Numbered from the stretch's first letter, positions 27,696 to 37,911 are shown. The stretch: 64,000 bases of DNA from Thermoanaerobaculia bacterium (GCA_036376245.1 DASVAS010000040.1:64293-128292); one strand, 5' to 3'. Made by a program: numbers and translations. The notes: generated from the letters alone by a model not told the origin.

Positions 27696-29780
27696 GTGAA
27701 AGGAATGCTCTCCGGCTTGCGGAGCGCCGTCTCCATGGCCGCCCTGGGCCTGCTGGCCCTGGGAGGCCCGGCGGGCGCCGCGAGCTACCAGGACTACCAC
27801 ACGTTCGCCGAGGTCGAGGGGCAGCTCCAGTCCTGGAGCAAGAACCCCGCCGTGAAGCTGCAGACCGTCGGCAAGTCCATGGGCGGCCGGCCGATCTACG
27901 TGGCCCGCGTCGCCGCGCCCGGCGGGGCGGACCCGGACGCCCGGCCCGCCATCTTCGTGGGCGCCAACATCGCCGGCTCCCACAACGCCGGCACCGAGGC
28001 CGCTCTCGATCTGATCCAGGCCCTGCTCAACGCTCCCGCCGGCAGCGAGGGAGCCAAGCTTCTCGCCAGCCATACCTTCTACGTCGCCCCGGCGCTGAAT
28101 CCCGACGCCCACGACGCCCTGTTCGGCAAGGTGCGGGCCCGGCGCGGCGGCGCCGACGGCAAGATCGACCACGACATGGACGGCCTCCAGGGCGAGGACC
28201 CGGCGGACGACCTCAACGGCGACGGCATGATCACCCGTATGCGCATCGCCGACCCCGCCGGCGGCTGGCTGGCCGACGGCACGGATCCCCGCGTGCTGAT
28301 CAAGTCCGACGTCATGGAACAGCGGGCGGGCGCGTACCGCATCGAGGTCGAGGGCAAGGACGACGACGGCGACGGCCTCTACAACGAGGACGGCGGCGAC
28401 GGCGTCTGGCCGGACAAGAACTTCCCCCACGCCTTCGTCATCGGCAACGCCGAGTCCGGCCCCTGGTCCAGCTATTCCCCGGAGACCAAGGCCCTGCTCG
28501 ACTTCCTGATCGCCCGCCGCAACGTGGCCCTGGCGGTGGTCTACGGCCCGGCCAACAACCTCCTGGCCGCGCCCCAGAGCCTGGGCGGCGGCGGCGACCT
28601 CGGCACGCAGAAGTTCAAGGTTCCGCCCCAGGCGGCCCAGGCCCTGGGCTTCGACCCCGAGCAGGAATACACCATCGACGAGATCTGGGCCGTGGCCCAG
28701 AACTTCCCCTTCGTGCGCCAGAACAACATCACCAAGGAGCAGCTCCAGCAGTTCCTCGGCGCCGGCGCGGCCACCAAGGTGGACCCGGACGACCAGGCCT
28801 ACCTCGACAAGTTCGCCGAGGCCTACAAGGAGCGCCTGAAGAAGGCCAACCTGCCTGCCGACCGGCCGGGCGCGCAGTACGGCAAGGGCGGCTTCACCCC
28901 CTGGCTCTACTACCAGTACGGGGCCATGGCCCTGGAGCTGGACGTCTGGGGCGTGCCCAAGGCCGAAAAGAAGGCCGAGGGCAAGGCCGAGGACGCCCTC
29001 ACCATGGACAAGGTGGCCGCCATGAGCGCCGACGACTTCGTCGCCCTGGGAGCGGAGAAGATCGACGCCTTCCTCAAGGAGAACAAGGTTCCGCCCCAGT
29101 TCAACTCTCAGATGGTGATCGGCGCCATGAAGGGCGGCCAGATCACCCCCAAGGCCATGGTGGACCGTATGAAGCAGATGGGCGCCGGCGGTGGCGCCGC
29201 GGCGGCCGGCGGCGGCAAGGCCAGCGAAGCCGGCGCCCGCGAGCGAGAGGTCCTGGCCTGGATGGACGCCAACGCGCAAGGCTCGTTCGCGGCCTGGACC
29301 CCCGTCACCCTGCCGGACGGCACCAAGGTGGAGGTGGGCGGCCTCGATCCCTTCGCCGAAGCCAACCCGCCGATGGCCGTCCTCAAGCCGGCCCTCACGG
29401 CCCACACCGAGACGGTCCTCGACCTCGCGGGCAAGCTCCCCAGGGTGGAGATCGCCTCCCTCGACGTCACCGACCTCGGCAGCGGCGTCTACCGGGTCAA
29501 GGCGGTGGCCGCCAACCGCGGCTATCTCGCCACTCACACCAAGCAGGCCGCCCGCGCCCAGGTCCACATCCCGGTCCGCCTGACCCTCAAGACCGGCGAC
29601 GGCGTCGAGATGGTGACCGGCTATCCCTCCGCCACCGCCGACCGCCTCGAAGGCACCACCGGCACCCTCACGGGCGAGTGGCTCGTGCGGGCCCGTCCCG
29701 GCGCGAAGATCGTGGTCGACCTGACCACCGACAACGCCGGCCGCGACCAGAAGACCACCACCGTGGGAAAGGGAGCTTGA
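27696..29780 (+). CDS. M14 family zinc carboxypeptidase-like protein, secreted (GTG start with GAGGAGG SD; ATG alternative at 27705)
   Basis: signal peptide; M14 N-terminal pattern YHTFAEVEGQLQSW...GKSMGGRPIYVARV...IFVGANIAGSHNAGTEA. Confidence 0.8.
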   Translation: MKGMLSGLRSAVSMAALGLLALGGPAGAASYQDYHTFAEVEGQLQSWSKNPAVKLQTVGKSMGGRPIYVARVAAPGGADPDARPAIFVGANIAGSHNAGTEAALDLIQALLNAPAGSEGAKLLASHTFYVAPALNPDAHDALFGKVRARRGGADGKIDHDMDGLQGEDPADDLNGDGMITRMRIADPAGGWLADGTDPRVLIKSDVMEQRAGAYRIEVEGKDDDGDGLYNEDGGDGVWPDKNFPHAFVIGNAESGPWSSYSPETKALLDFLIARRNVALAVVYGPANNLLAAPQSLGGGGDLGTQKFKVPPQAAQALGFDPEQEYTIDEIWAVAQNFPFVRQNNITKEQLQQFLGAGAATKVDPDDQAYLDKFAEAYKERLKKANLPADRPGAQYGKGGFTPWLYYQYGAMALELDVWGVPKAEKKAEGKAEDALTMDKVAAMSADDFVALGAEKIDAFLKENKVPPQFNSQMVIGAMKGGQITPKAMVDRMKQMGAGGGAAAAGGGKASEAGAREREVLAWMDANAQGSFAAWTPVTLPDGTKVEVGGLDPFAEANPPMAVLKPALTAHTETVLDLAGKLPRVEIASLDVTDLGSGVYRVKAVAANRGYLATHTKQAARAQVHIPVRLTLKTGDGVEMVTGYPSATADRLEGTTGTLTGEWLVRARPGAKIVVDLTTDNAGRDQKTTTVGKGA

Positions 29781-29784
29781 ACCC

Positions 29785-31518
29785 ATGAGACCGCGTGCTT
29801 CCAGAATCGTCCTCGGAGCTCTGGCGCTCCTCGCGGCGGCACTTCCGTCCCTGCTCCAGGCGGCGGAGCCGCTCCGGCCCCAGGGCGCCCCGCCCGCGCC
29901 GGCCTTCAACCGGCTCAACCCCTATGAAGACATCGTCGCCCACCTCAAGGGCTACGCCGCCGCCTACCCGAAGTGGGCGAAGCTCGAGAGCATCGGCAAG
30001 AGCGCCCAGGGCCGCGACCTGTGGCTGATCACCCTCACCAATCCCGACACCGGCTCCGAGCTCTCCAAGCCGGCCATGTACATCGACGGCAACACCCACG
30101 CCAACGAGGTGCAGGGAGCCGAGGCCGCCCTCTACACCGTCGACTACCTCCTCAAGAACTACGGCAAGCTGCCGCGGGTGACCGAGATGCTCGACCGCTC
30201 GGTCTTCTACGTCCTGCCCATGGTCAATCCGGACGGCCGCGCCCTGTGGTTCAAAGGCCCCTCCGACCAGGATTTCCCCCGCACCGTGATGGTGCCGATC
30301 GACGACGACCGCGACGGCGTCGCCGACGAGGACGGCTATGACGACGTGGACGGCGACGGCTACATCACGTCCATGCGCAAGAAGGTGCCCATGGGCCAGG
30401 GCGACCACCGCCAGAACCCCAGGGACCCCCGCCTTCTGGACGAAATCAAGCCGGGCGAGCTCGGCGACTGGATCCAGATCGGCAAGGAGGGCTTCGACAA
30501 CGACGGCGACGGCCGCGTCAACGAGGACACCATCGGCTACGTCGACCCCAACCGCACCTGGGGCTTCTCCTGGGAGCCCCCCTACGTGCAGGCCGGAGCC
30601 GGCCGCTATCCGCTGGCGATCGCCGAGACCCGGGCCATCGCCCTGTGGGCGCTCCAGCACCCCAACGTCGCGGCCGTGCAGAGCTACCACAACAACGGCC
30701 AGATGATCCTCCGCGGCCCGGGCGCCAAAGCCGATCCGCCCTACCCGCCGCAGGACCTCAAGGCCTACGACCTGATCGCCAAGGAGGGCGAGAAGCTCCT
30801 GCCCGGCTACCGGTACTTCATCTCCTGGAAGGACCTCTACACGGTCCACGGCGGCACCACCGACCACTTCTACAACATCATGGGCGCCGTGGCCTTCACC
30901 AATGAGATGTACAACCCGCCGGCGGACTTCGACAAGGACGGCAACATCACAGAGGAAGAGCTGATGCGGTTCAACGACAACCTCTCCCTCGGCCGCCAGT
31001 GGGTGGACTGGAAGCCGTACAACCATCCGCAGTACGGCCCGATCGAGGTCGGCGGCTGGAAGCGGGACGTGGGCCGCGTGCCCGAGGGCTGGGCCCTGGA
31101 GGACGAGACGCACCGCAACAGCTCCTTCGTCCTCTTCCACGCCTACCACCTGCCGCACCTCTCGATCGGCGACGTCGCCGTGAAGAAGGTGGGCGACCGC
31201 CTCTGGCGCCTGGAGGTGCCGGTGCTCAACGACCGGGCCATCCCCTCGATGCTGGCCGTGGCGGCCCAGGGCAAGCTGCACCGCCAGGACATCGCCACCG
31301 TCACCGGCGGCAAGGTGATCTCCAGCGGCGTGATCGACAACGCCTATCTGAACCGGGTGTCGCTGCAGTCCAAGCGGCCCGAGCGCCTGATGGTGCCCGG
31401 CGTCGACGGCCTCTCCACCCGCCAGCTCTTCTTCCTGGTGGAAGGGGACGGCGAGGTCACCGTCACCTACGACAGCCTGAAGGGCGGCAAGGTTTCGAAG
31501 AAGGTCGCCCTGAAGTAA
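29785..31518 (+). CDS. M14 family zinc carboxypeptidase-like protein, secreted (tandem paralog)
   Basis: signal peptide; YEDIVAHLKGYAAAYPKWAKLESIGKSAQGRDLWLITL...YIDGNTHANEVQGAEAALY. Confidence 0.8.
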   Translation: MRPRASRIVLGALALLAAALPSLLQAAEPLRPQGAPPAPAFNRLNPYEDIVAHLKGYAAAYPKWAKLESIGKSAQGRDLWLITLTNPDTGSELSKPAMYIDGNTHANEVQGAEAALYTVDYLLKNYGKLPRVTEMLDRSVFYVLPMVNPDGRALWFKGPSDQDFPRTVMVPIDDDRDGVADEDGYDDVDGDGYITSMRKKVPMGQGDHRQNPRDPRLLDEIKPGELGDWIQIGKEGFDNDGDGRVNEDTIGYVDPNRTWGFSWEPPYVQAGAGRYPLAIAETRAIALWALQHPNVAAVQSYHNNGQMILRGPGAKADPPYPPQDLKAYDLIAKEGEKLLPGYRYFISWKDLYTVHGGTTDHFYNIMGAVAFTNEMYNPPADFDKDGNITEEELMRFNDNLSLGRQWVDWKPYNHPQYGPIEVGGWKRDVGRVPEGWALEDETHRNSSFVLFHAYHLPHLSIGDVAVKKVGDRLWRLEVPVLNDRAIPSMLAVAAQGKLHRQDIATVTGGKVISSGVIDNAYLNRVSLQSKRPERLMVPGVDGLSTRQLFFLVEGDGEVTVTYDSLKGGKVSKKVALK

Positions 31519-31521
31519 CTT

Positions 31522-32394
31522 CTATTGCGGATGCCCGGGGGCGGAAACGCTCCCGGGCTTCTCCTTTTCCAGCAGCTCCCGGTAGCGCTTCTCCGCCTTC
31601 TCCACGTAAGCCTTGTAGCCCTCGGGATCGATGAACGGGTTCTTCTCCGCCCCCTTGCGGAGCCGCTCCGCCTTGCCCAGACCGTCATAGAAGTTGGCGT
31701 GAGCGGCCAGGAAGATGTCGCACGGGAGCGACTTCAGGACCTGAAAGGTGCGCGCGTAGTCCTCGGCGATCCCGGGATACCGCTCGTTCTTCGTCAGCGT
31801 GACTCCGGGCAGGATCGTCGCGCTGCACACGAACACCACGTCCTTCCCCGCCGCCTTCATCGTCCAAGTGGTGCACCCCAGGGTGTGGCCCGGCGTGAGA
31901 TGGGCGGTCAGCGTAGTCCCGCCCAGGGAGACCTGCTCGCCATCTTTCAGGGAACGATCGGCCCGCACCGGCCGGAAGGGGAATCGATCGCCGAGATGCG
32001 GATCGCCCGTGCCGCCGCGGGCGAGCTGGGGGATGTCCTTCTCGTGGACCAGGAGCTTCGCGCCTGTCAGCTCCTTGAGCGTCGCGAGCCCGCCCACGTG
32101 GTCGTAGTGGGCATGGCTGGTGAGCAGGATCTTGACGTCCTTCAGCTTGAACCCCAGCTTTCTGACGTTCTCCCGGATGATCGGCACCGTCTCCTCGAAT
32201 CCGCTGTCGATGAGGATGTGCCCCTCGGGCGTCGTGATCAGGTACGACGCGATGTCGCTCGCGCCCACGTAATACAGGTTGCCGGCGATCTTGAAAGGCT
32301 CGACCGGCTGGTTCCAGGAGCGGGAGGTGGGGTCGGACTGGGGGAAGACGGAAAGCGGAAAGACCAGGAGAAGAAACACGAGAAGTCTTTTCAT
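31522..32394 (-). CDS. MBL-fold metallo-hydrolase, subclass B3 beta-lactamase-like, secreted
   Basis: signal peptide; HAHYDH (HxHxDH) and LTPGHTLGCTTW motifs. Confidence 0.8.
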   Translation of the reverse strand: MKRLLVFLLLVFPLSVFPQSDPTSRSWNQPVEPFKIAGNLYYVGASDIASYLITTPEGHILIDSGFEETVPIIRENVRKLGFKLKDVKILLTSHAHYDHVGGLATLKELTGAKLLVHEKDIPQLARGGTGDPHLGDRFPFRPVRADRSLKDGEQVSLGGTTLTAHLTPGHTLGCTTWTMKAAGKDVVFVCSATILPGVTLTKNERYPGIAEDYARTFQVLKSLPCDIFLAAHANFYDGLGKAERLRKGAEKNPFIDPEGYKAYVEKAEKRYRELLEKEKPGSVSAPGHPQ

Positions 32395-32403
32395 GAACGC
32401 CTT

Positions 32404-33777
32404 TCAGAAAGGTGAATCGGGCAGCCGGAACGTCCACTCCCTCCCCTTCTCCGTCGCGTCCATCTGGAGCAGCAGCATCCCGATCCCCGCCGCGCCCTGC
32501 ATGTAGCCGGTCTGGGCGTAGGTGTACTCGGGCCGGATGCGGTGCTCGGCGTGGATCCACTTGAGGCCGTCGCCGGGCGTGGCCGTGGCGTGGGCCAGGA
32601 GATCCCTGACGACTCGACGGGCGTGGGCGCGGTAGGAATCGTCCCCCGTGAGCTTCGCGAGATCGAGGAAGAAACCGGCCACCCCGGCCGAGCCGCAGCA
32701 CTGGCCGGCGTTGTTCCAGAAGCCGGGGGTCTTCTGCTCGGGAACGCCGCTGGCGAGGATGGACTTCGCGCCTTTCCGCGCCCAGTCCAGCCACCCCGCC
32801 TTGCCGTCGATCTGGTGGAGGCGGACCCAGAGGCGGGCGGTCCCCACCGGGCCGTGGCACCAGCTCAGGTAGTAGAGGTCCTTGCCCTCGGGCTCATTGT
32901 GGAAGATGAGGCAACCGTCCCCCTGGGTGCTGGCGATGGACTGGAGATAGCGCGCCCCGGCCCGCGCGGCGTCGAGGAACTCCTTGCGGCCCGTCTCCTG
33001 GTGGAGGGTCGCGAGGAAGTAGGCGATGCCCGCGGTACCGTGCGAGAAGTTGGGCATCAGCCGCTTGAACTCGGGGTCCATCCGCCACTTGAGGCCGCCC
33101 GCTTCGGGGACGCCCAGCTCTACCAGCCGCAGACCGGCGCGGACGGCGAGGTCGCGGGAAGCGGGATTGTCCGTCTCGCGGGCCACTTGCAGCAGATACA
33201 GGCCCGTGCCCGCCGCACCCGCGATGATGTCCGTAATGCCTCCCCACTGGACGCCCGCTCCGGCGGGCTGGGCGGCCGCGTGGATCAGGTCGCGGCAGCG
33301 GACGGCGGCCTTGAGGTACTTCTCATCGCCGGTCTCCTTGTAGACCCGATGCAGGGTGAAGCCGAGCCCGGCGAATCCGGTATAGAGGCCCGCCCCCGCC
33401 CCCGCGGGATCGAGCCGCTCGGGCAGGGTGGCGATCAGATAGCTCGCGCCGGCCGACGCCTCCTCCAGCCAGGCCTTGTCGCCCGTAGCCTTGGCGAGCT
33501 CCAGCAGGAAGAGGACGATCCCCGAGTTGCCGCTGTAGAGATCGGGCGTGGAGATCAGCCCTTCCGGCCGTTCGGGACCGTTCAGCCAAAGCAGCCCTTG
33601 CGGCGTCCCGACCCGGGTGGTCTGGAGCCAGCGGGCGGCCTGGAGGGCGGCGTCCAGGTAATTCGCGCCCGGCGAAGGCATCTCCGCCGCTGTGGATCTG
33701 CCGATCCCCAGAGGCAGGGCGATCCCGGCGGTCGCCCCAAGGCGCAGGAGGTCGCGGCGGGTCAAGGGGATGCTCAC
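32404..33777 (-). CDS. LanC-like (lanthionine synthetase C family) protein with TAT signal
   Basis: RRDLLRLGATAG twin-arginine motif; repeated GxxG helices; zinc-ligand-like WCHGPVG and CCGSAG motifs. Confidence 0.6.
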   Translation of the reverse strand: MSIPLTRRDLLRLGATAGIALPLGIGRSTAAEMPSPGANYLDAALQAARWLQTTRVGTPQGLLWLNGPERPEGLISTPDLYSGNSGIVLFLLELAKATGDKAWLEEASAGASYLIATLPERLDPAGAGAGLYTGFAGLGFTLHRVYKETGDEKYLKAAVRCRDLIHAAAQPAGAGVQWGGITDIIAGAAGTGLYLLQVARETDNPASRDLAVRAGLRLVELGVPEAGGLKWRMDPEFKRLMPNFSHGTAGIAYFLATLHQETGRKEFLDAARAGARYLQSIASTQGDGCLIFHNEPEGKDLYYLSWCHGPVGTARLWVRLHQIDGKAGWLDWARKGAKSILASGVPEQKTPGFWNNAGQCCGSAGVAGFFLDLAKLTGDDSYRAHARRVVRDLLAHATATPGDGLKWIHAEHRIRPEYTYAQTGYMQGAAGIGMLLLQMDATEKGREWTFRLPDSPF

Positions 33778-33812
33778 AGGTAAAGCGTACTATGCCTGCG
33801 GGACGGAACGGA

Positions 33813-33864
33813 GGCTAAGTACACTATGCCTATCTTCCTGCCGATAGGCATAGTGTACTTAGCC
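33813..33864. terminator. AT-rich perfect 22-bp inverted repeat (ggctaagtacactatgcctatc - 8 nt - gataggcatagtgtacttagcc), abutting the fadD stop codon
   Basis: read directly; partial third half-site (gcgtactatgcc) upstream at ~33785. Confidence 0.5.
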
Positions 33865-35684
33865 TAAAGCTGCGCCACCGTATCCTTGTAGAACCCGTCC
33901 AGCACCTCCCGGTGCCGCTGCTCCACGACCTTGCGCTTGACGCTCATCTTCGGCGTCAGCTCGCCCGTGGCCTGGGAGAGGTCGTGGTCGAGGAGATGGA
34001 AATCCTTGATCCGCTCGTAGGAGGCGAGCTTCTGGTTGACCGCCTCGATCCCCTGCCGGATCAGCTCCTTCACCTCGGGACGGGTGGCGAGATCGGCGTA
34101 GTCCTTGTAGTCGATGCCGTGCTCGCGCGCCCACTTGCCCGTGGTCTCCTCGTTGATCGTCACCAGGGCCACGCAGAAGGGCCGCCGGTCGCCCAGCATG
34201 ACCACCTGCGAGACGTAGGGGCAGCTCACCTTGATCTGGCCTTCGATGTTCTGCGGCGCGATGTTCTTGCCGCCCGCCGTGACCAGGATGTCCTTCTTGC
34301 GGTCGGTGATCGAGATGAAGCCGTCGGCGTCGATCTGGCCGATGTCGCCGGTGTGGAACCAGCCGTCGGGCTCCAGGGCCTCGGCGGTGTCCTCGGGACG
34401 GTTGTAGTAGCCCTTCATGATGTGGCGCCCGCGGATCAGGATCTCGCCGTCCTCGGCGATACGGACCTCGACCCCCTTCAGCGGCATGCCGACGGTCCCG
34501 AACTTGTAGTGCTCGATGCGGTTGCCGGTGCTGCCGGCGGAGGTCTCGGTGAGGCCGTAGGCTTCCAGGATCAGGATGTCGCAGGCGTGGAAGAACTCGG
34601 CGATGGCCCGGGAGAGAGGGGCGCCGCCCGAGATCATGAAGCGGAGCCGGCCGCCGAAGCGGTCCTTGATCTTGGAGTAGACCAGCTTGCCGGCCAGGCG
34701 ATGCTGGATGGCCAGCAGGCCCGACGGCTCCTTGCCCTGCTGACGGAGCTTGGAGACCCGGCCGCCCACGTCGATCGCCCACTGGAAGATCTTGTACTTG
34801 AGCGGGCTCCCTTCCCTGGCGCCGGTGACGATGCGGTTGTAGACCTTCTCGAACACCCGGGGGACGCCCGCCATCACCGTGGGCCGGACCACCGCCAGGT
34901 TGGCCACCAGGTCCTCGATGACCCCGTCGATGGCCGTGGGAACGCCGGTGCGGATGAAGGCCTTCTCCAGGACCTTGGCGAACGAGTGCGCCAGGGGAAG
35001 GAAGAGCATCTGCTTGTCGCCGGGACCGAGGATCCCCAGCTCGGCGATGGCCTCCGCCTCGGCGAGCCAGTTCTCGTGCGTCAGCATGACCCCTTTGGGA
35101 TTGCCGGTCGTGCCGGAGGTGTAGATGAGGGTCGCGAGGTCCTCCGGCCCCACGGAGGCGGCCACCTCCTCGAAGCGGCCGGCGTTGGCGGCATCCCACT
35201 CCGCGCCCCGGCGCTCCAGCTCGGCCATGGCGAGGACCCAGCCGTCCCCGGCCGGCGGCTCGCCCTCCATGAGGATCAGGCAGCCGACGTGGCCGAGGCG
35301 GTCCTTCACCTGCCGGAGCTTGTTGGCCTGTTCGAGGTTCTCGACGAAGCAGACCTTCGCCCCCGAATCCTCCAGGATGTAGGCGCTCTCCTCGGCGGTG
35401 TTCGAGGTGTAGATGGTGCTGGTGGCGCCGCCCGCCGAGAGGATGCCGAGGTCGGCGATCACCCACTCGGGGCTGCTGGTGGCAAGGATGGCGCCGCGCT
35501 CACCCTTGGCCAGGCCAAGGCTCAGCAGCCCGCATCCCACGGCGCGCGCCCGGCGGCCCGCCTCCCCCCACGTCAGGGAGTACCACTGCCCCTGGCGTCG
35601 GCCGGACATGGCCTCCTGATTGGACGAGGAGGCGACACGGTGCTGGAACATCTGGACGACGGAGCGGAAGGCCGGATCGGACAT
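33864..35684 (-). CDS. fadD: long-chain fatty acid--CoA ligase (AMP-dependent synthetase)
   Basis: AMP-binding motif LIYTSGTTGNPKGVMLTHEN; 606 aa from MSDPAFRS; upstream 34 codons spurious. Confidence 0.85.
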   Translation of the reverse strand: MSDPAFRSVVQMFQHRVASSSNQEAMSGRRQGQWYSLTWGEAGRRARAVGCGLLSLGLAKGERGAILATSSPEWVIADLGILSAGGATSTIYTSNTAEESAYILEDSGAKVCFVENLEQANKLRQVKDRLGHVGCLILMEGEPPAGDGWVLAMAELERRGAEWDAANAGRFEEVAASVGPEDLATLIYTSGTTGNPKGVMLTHENWLAEAEAIAELGILGPGDKQMLFLPLAHSFAKVLEKAFIRTGVPTAIDGVIEDLVANLAVVRPTVMAGVPRVFEKVYNRIVTGAREGSPLKYKIFQWAIDVGGRVSKLRQQGKEPSGLLAIQHRLAGKLVYSKIKDRFGGRLRFMISGGAPLSRAIAEFFHACDILILEAYGLTETSAGSTGNRIEHYKFGTVGMPLKGVEVRIAEDGEILIRGRHIMKGYYNRPEDTAEALEPDGWFHTGDIGQIDADGFISITDRKKDILVTAGGKNIAPQNIEGQIKVSCPYVSQVVMLGDRRPFCVALVTINEETTGKWAREHGIDYKDYADLATRPEVKELIRQGIEAVNQKLASYERIKDFHLLDHDLSQATGELTPKMSVKRKVVEQRHREVLDGFYKDTVAQL

Positions 35685-35803
35685 CGCGAGATCCTCCGGA
35701 GACGTGACGTTCGGATGACGGCGGGATGATACCAGGGCCTCGCCGCTCCGGTCGCCCCCGACTCTGGTAGGATGCGACGATTCCAATCTACGGGACGGGT
35801 TCG

Positions 35804-36151
35804 ATGAGCAAGGACCGTATCTACAAGATCGTTTTCTTCAACCAGGGCAACGTGGTGGAGCTGTACGCCCGCCAGGTCGGCCAGGGCGACCTGTTCGGCT
35901 TCATCATGGTGGAGGACCTCCTCTTCGGAGGCCGGACCGAGGTCGTGGTGGATCCCACGGAGGAGAGCCTGCGCAGCGAGTTCGGCCAGGCCAAACGGCT
36001 CTTCCTCCCCATGCACTCCGTGCTGCGCATCGAGGAGGTCGAGCGCGAGGGCGCGGCCCGGATCAGGGCGGTCAAGAACACCGAGGAGAGCAGCATCGTC
36101 CGCGCCTTCCCGGTGATCCTGCCGCCGGGCGGCGGGCGGGGTGGGAACTAA
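35804..36151 (+). CDS. DUF1820-like small conserved protein
   Basis: MSKDRIYKIVFFNQGNVVELYARQVGQGDLFGFIMVEDLLF pattern; good GC3 codon usage. Confidence 0.5.
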   Translation: MSKDRIYKIVFFNQGNVVELYARQVGQGDLFGFIMVEDLLFGGRTEVVVDPTEESLRSEFGQAKRLFLPMHSVLRIEEVEREGAARIRAVKNTEESSIVRAFPVILPPGGGRGGN

Positions 36152-37911
36152 CGCTTCTTCTCCTCCCCGATCCACCACTCCACGTGCTTCTCCAGCACCG
36201 TCATCGGCATGGCGCCGCTGCCGAGGACGGCTTCGTGGAAACGGCGGACGTCGAACTTCGCTCCCAACTCCCGCTCGGCCTTGCGGCGCAGCTCCCAGAA
36301 CTTGTTGGACCCCATCTTGTAGGCCAGGGCCTGCCCCGGGATGTCCGCCGAGTAGCGCAGGGTCTCGGTTTCGATCTGGGTCGCGGACTCGAAGGTGTTC
36401 GCCGCCATGAAGTCCATGGCCTGGTGGCGCGACCAGCCGAGCGCGTTCATGCCGGTGTCCACCACCAGCCGCGACGAGAGGAACAGGTCGTGGGCGATCC
36501 AGCCGGCGAGGTCGTAAGGATCGGTGTAGCCCTCCATCTGCTCGGCGAGACCTGAGGAGTACATGGCCCAGCCCTCGACGAAGGCGGTGGCGGAGGGGAC
36601 GCGGCGGAACTCCGGCAGGCTTTCGTTCTCCGCCTGGAGCGCGATCTGGAAGTGATGGCCGGGCAGCAGCTCGTGGTAGATCAGCGCCGCCGCGCCGAGC
36701 ATGGACCGCTCGCCGAGCCTGGAGCCGTTGAACATGTAGTCTCCGCGCGGACGGACGGACGTCGGCGGGCGGTAATACCCGTAGGTCACCGCCCCCTCAA
36801 GCTCGGGCTCCAGGCGCTCCACACCATAAGGGGCTTTCGGGGTGCGGAGGAAGAACTCGCCGATCCGGGGCTCGATCCGGCGCACGGGAGCCATCAGCCG
36901 TTCCGCGACCTCCTCCGGAGTCTTGACGAAGAAGCGGGGATCGGACTTCAGGAACTCCCGGAATTTGGCGAGGCCGCCCTCGAACTTAACCGCCTGCCGG
37001 ACTTCGTCCAGGCGCCGGTTGAGCCGGGCCACTTCCTGAAGACCCTGCTGGTGCACCTGTTCCGGTTGCACGTCCATCGTGGTGTAGAGCCGGACCAGAT
37101 AGCGGTAGGCGGCGTTCCCCCCGGGGTACTGTCCCATCCCGACCTTGTCCGGCGCCGCCTCTCGGTAGTCCTTCGAGTCCGGGACGGCCGCGAGCGCCTC
37201 CAAGGCGGGGTTCACCTTGCCCTGGACCCGTTTCAGGACCTCGGCCTGGAACGCGGCGGCCTTCTTGGGATCGATCTTCGCCAAGCGCTCGGAGGAGACG
37301 GCGAAGAAGCTTTCCTCCGGCTTGAGCAGCAAAGACCGGACCATGCCGACGACCGGATCGATCTCGGCCTTGGGCAGCAGGATGCCCTTGGAGCGCTGAG
37401 TCTCCAGGTTCGCCCGGAGCTGGTCGACGGACCGGGCGTACTGCTGGAGAAGGTCGAGATAGCGCGGGAGATCCTTGTCGTCGTCGAAGGTGAACGTGTC
37501 GAAGACATCCCGTAAAGACCGCAGAGGAGAGCTGTACGGGGTGACCTGGAACATCGCCCAGAAGTGTTCCTCAAAGCCGGTGTAGCCGGCGATCTCCCAG
37601 TCGAGGATCTCCCGCGAGAGCCATTCCTCATGGGTGAGCCCCTCGGGATCCACCCGCGCCAGCCGCTCGCGAAGGGCCCGCAGGAACGCCGCCTCCTTGC
37701 GGCCTCCCTCGAAGGACAGGTCCGGCAGCTTGACGACGTCCAGCCCCTTCTGGATACGGAGAAACGGGCTGATTTCGAGCTGGTGCTTGCCGTAGTCCTC
37801 CAGGATCGCCGCGAGGGCCTGGGAGCTGTTCGCCGGCTTCTTCGGAGGGGCGGCGCCGGCGCCCAGAAGGAGCACGGCCGCCATGACGGGGAGGAGAGCT
37901 GTCTTGGCCAT
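36148..37911 (-). CDS. DUF885 family exported protein
   Basis: signal peptide; 587 aa; HELLPGHHFQ motif region characteristic of DUF885. Confidence 0.65.
   Translation of the reverse strand: MAKTALLPVMAAVLLLGAGAAPPKKPANSSQALAAILEDYGKHQLEISPFLRIQKGLDVVKLPDLSFEGGRKEAAFLRALRERLARVDPEGLTHEEWLSREILDWEIAGYTGFEEHFWAMFQVTPYSSPLRSLRDVFDTFTFDDDKDLPRYLDLLQQYARSVDQLRANLETQRSKGILLPKAEIDPVVGMVRSLLLKPEESFFAVSSERLAKIDPKKAAAFQAEVLKRVQGKVNPALEALAAVPDSKDYREAAPDKVGMGQYPGGNAAYRYLVRLYTTMDVQPEQVHQQGLQEVARLNRRLDEVRQAVKFEGGLAKFREFLKSDPRFFVKTPEEVAERLMAPVRRIEPRIGEFFLRTPKAPYGVERLEPELEGAVTYGYYRPPTSVRPRGDYMFNGSRLGERSMLGAAALIYHELLPGHHFQIALQAENESLPEFRRVPSATAFVEGWAMYSSGLAEQMEGYTDPYDLAGWIAHDLFLSSRLVVDTGMNALGWSRHQAMDFMAANTFESATQIETETLRYSADIPGQALAYKMGSNKFWELRRKAERELGAKFDVRRFHEAVLGSGAMPMTVLEKHVEWWIGEEKKR

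Noticed and set aside
27591-31281. Minus-strand ORFs 27591..29918 and 29668..31281
   Set aside because: They are antisense to the two M14 peptidase genes and have low-complexity Gly/Ala/Val/Arg composition.
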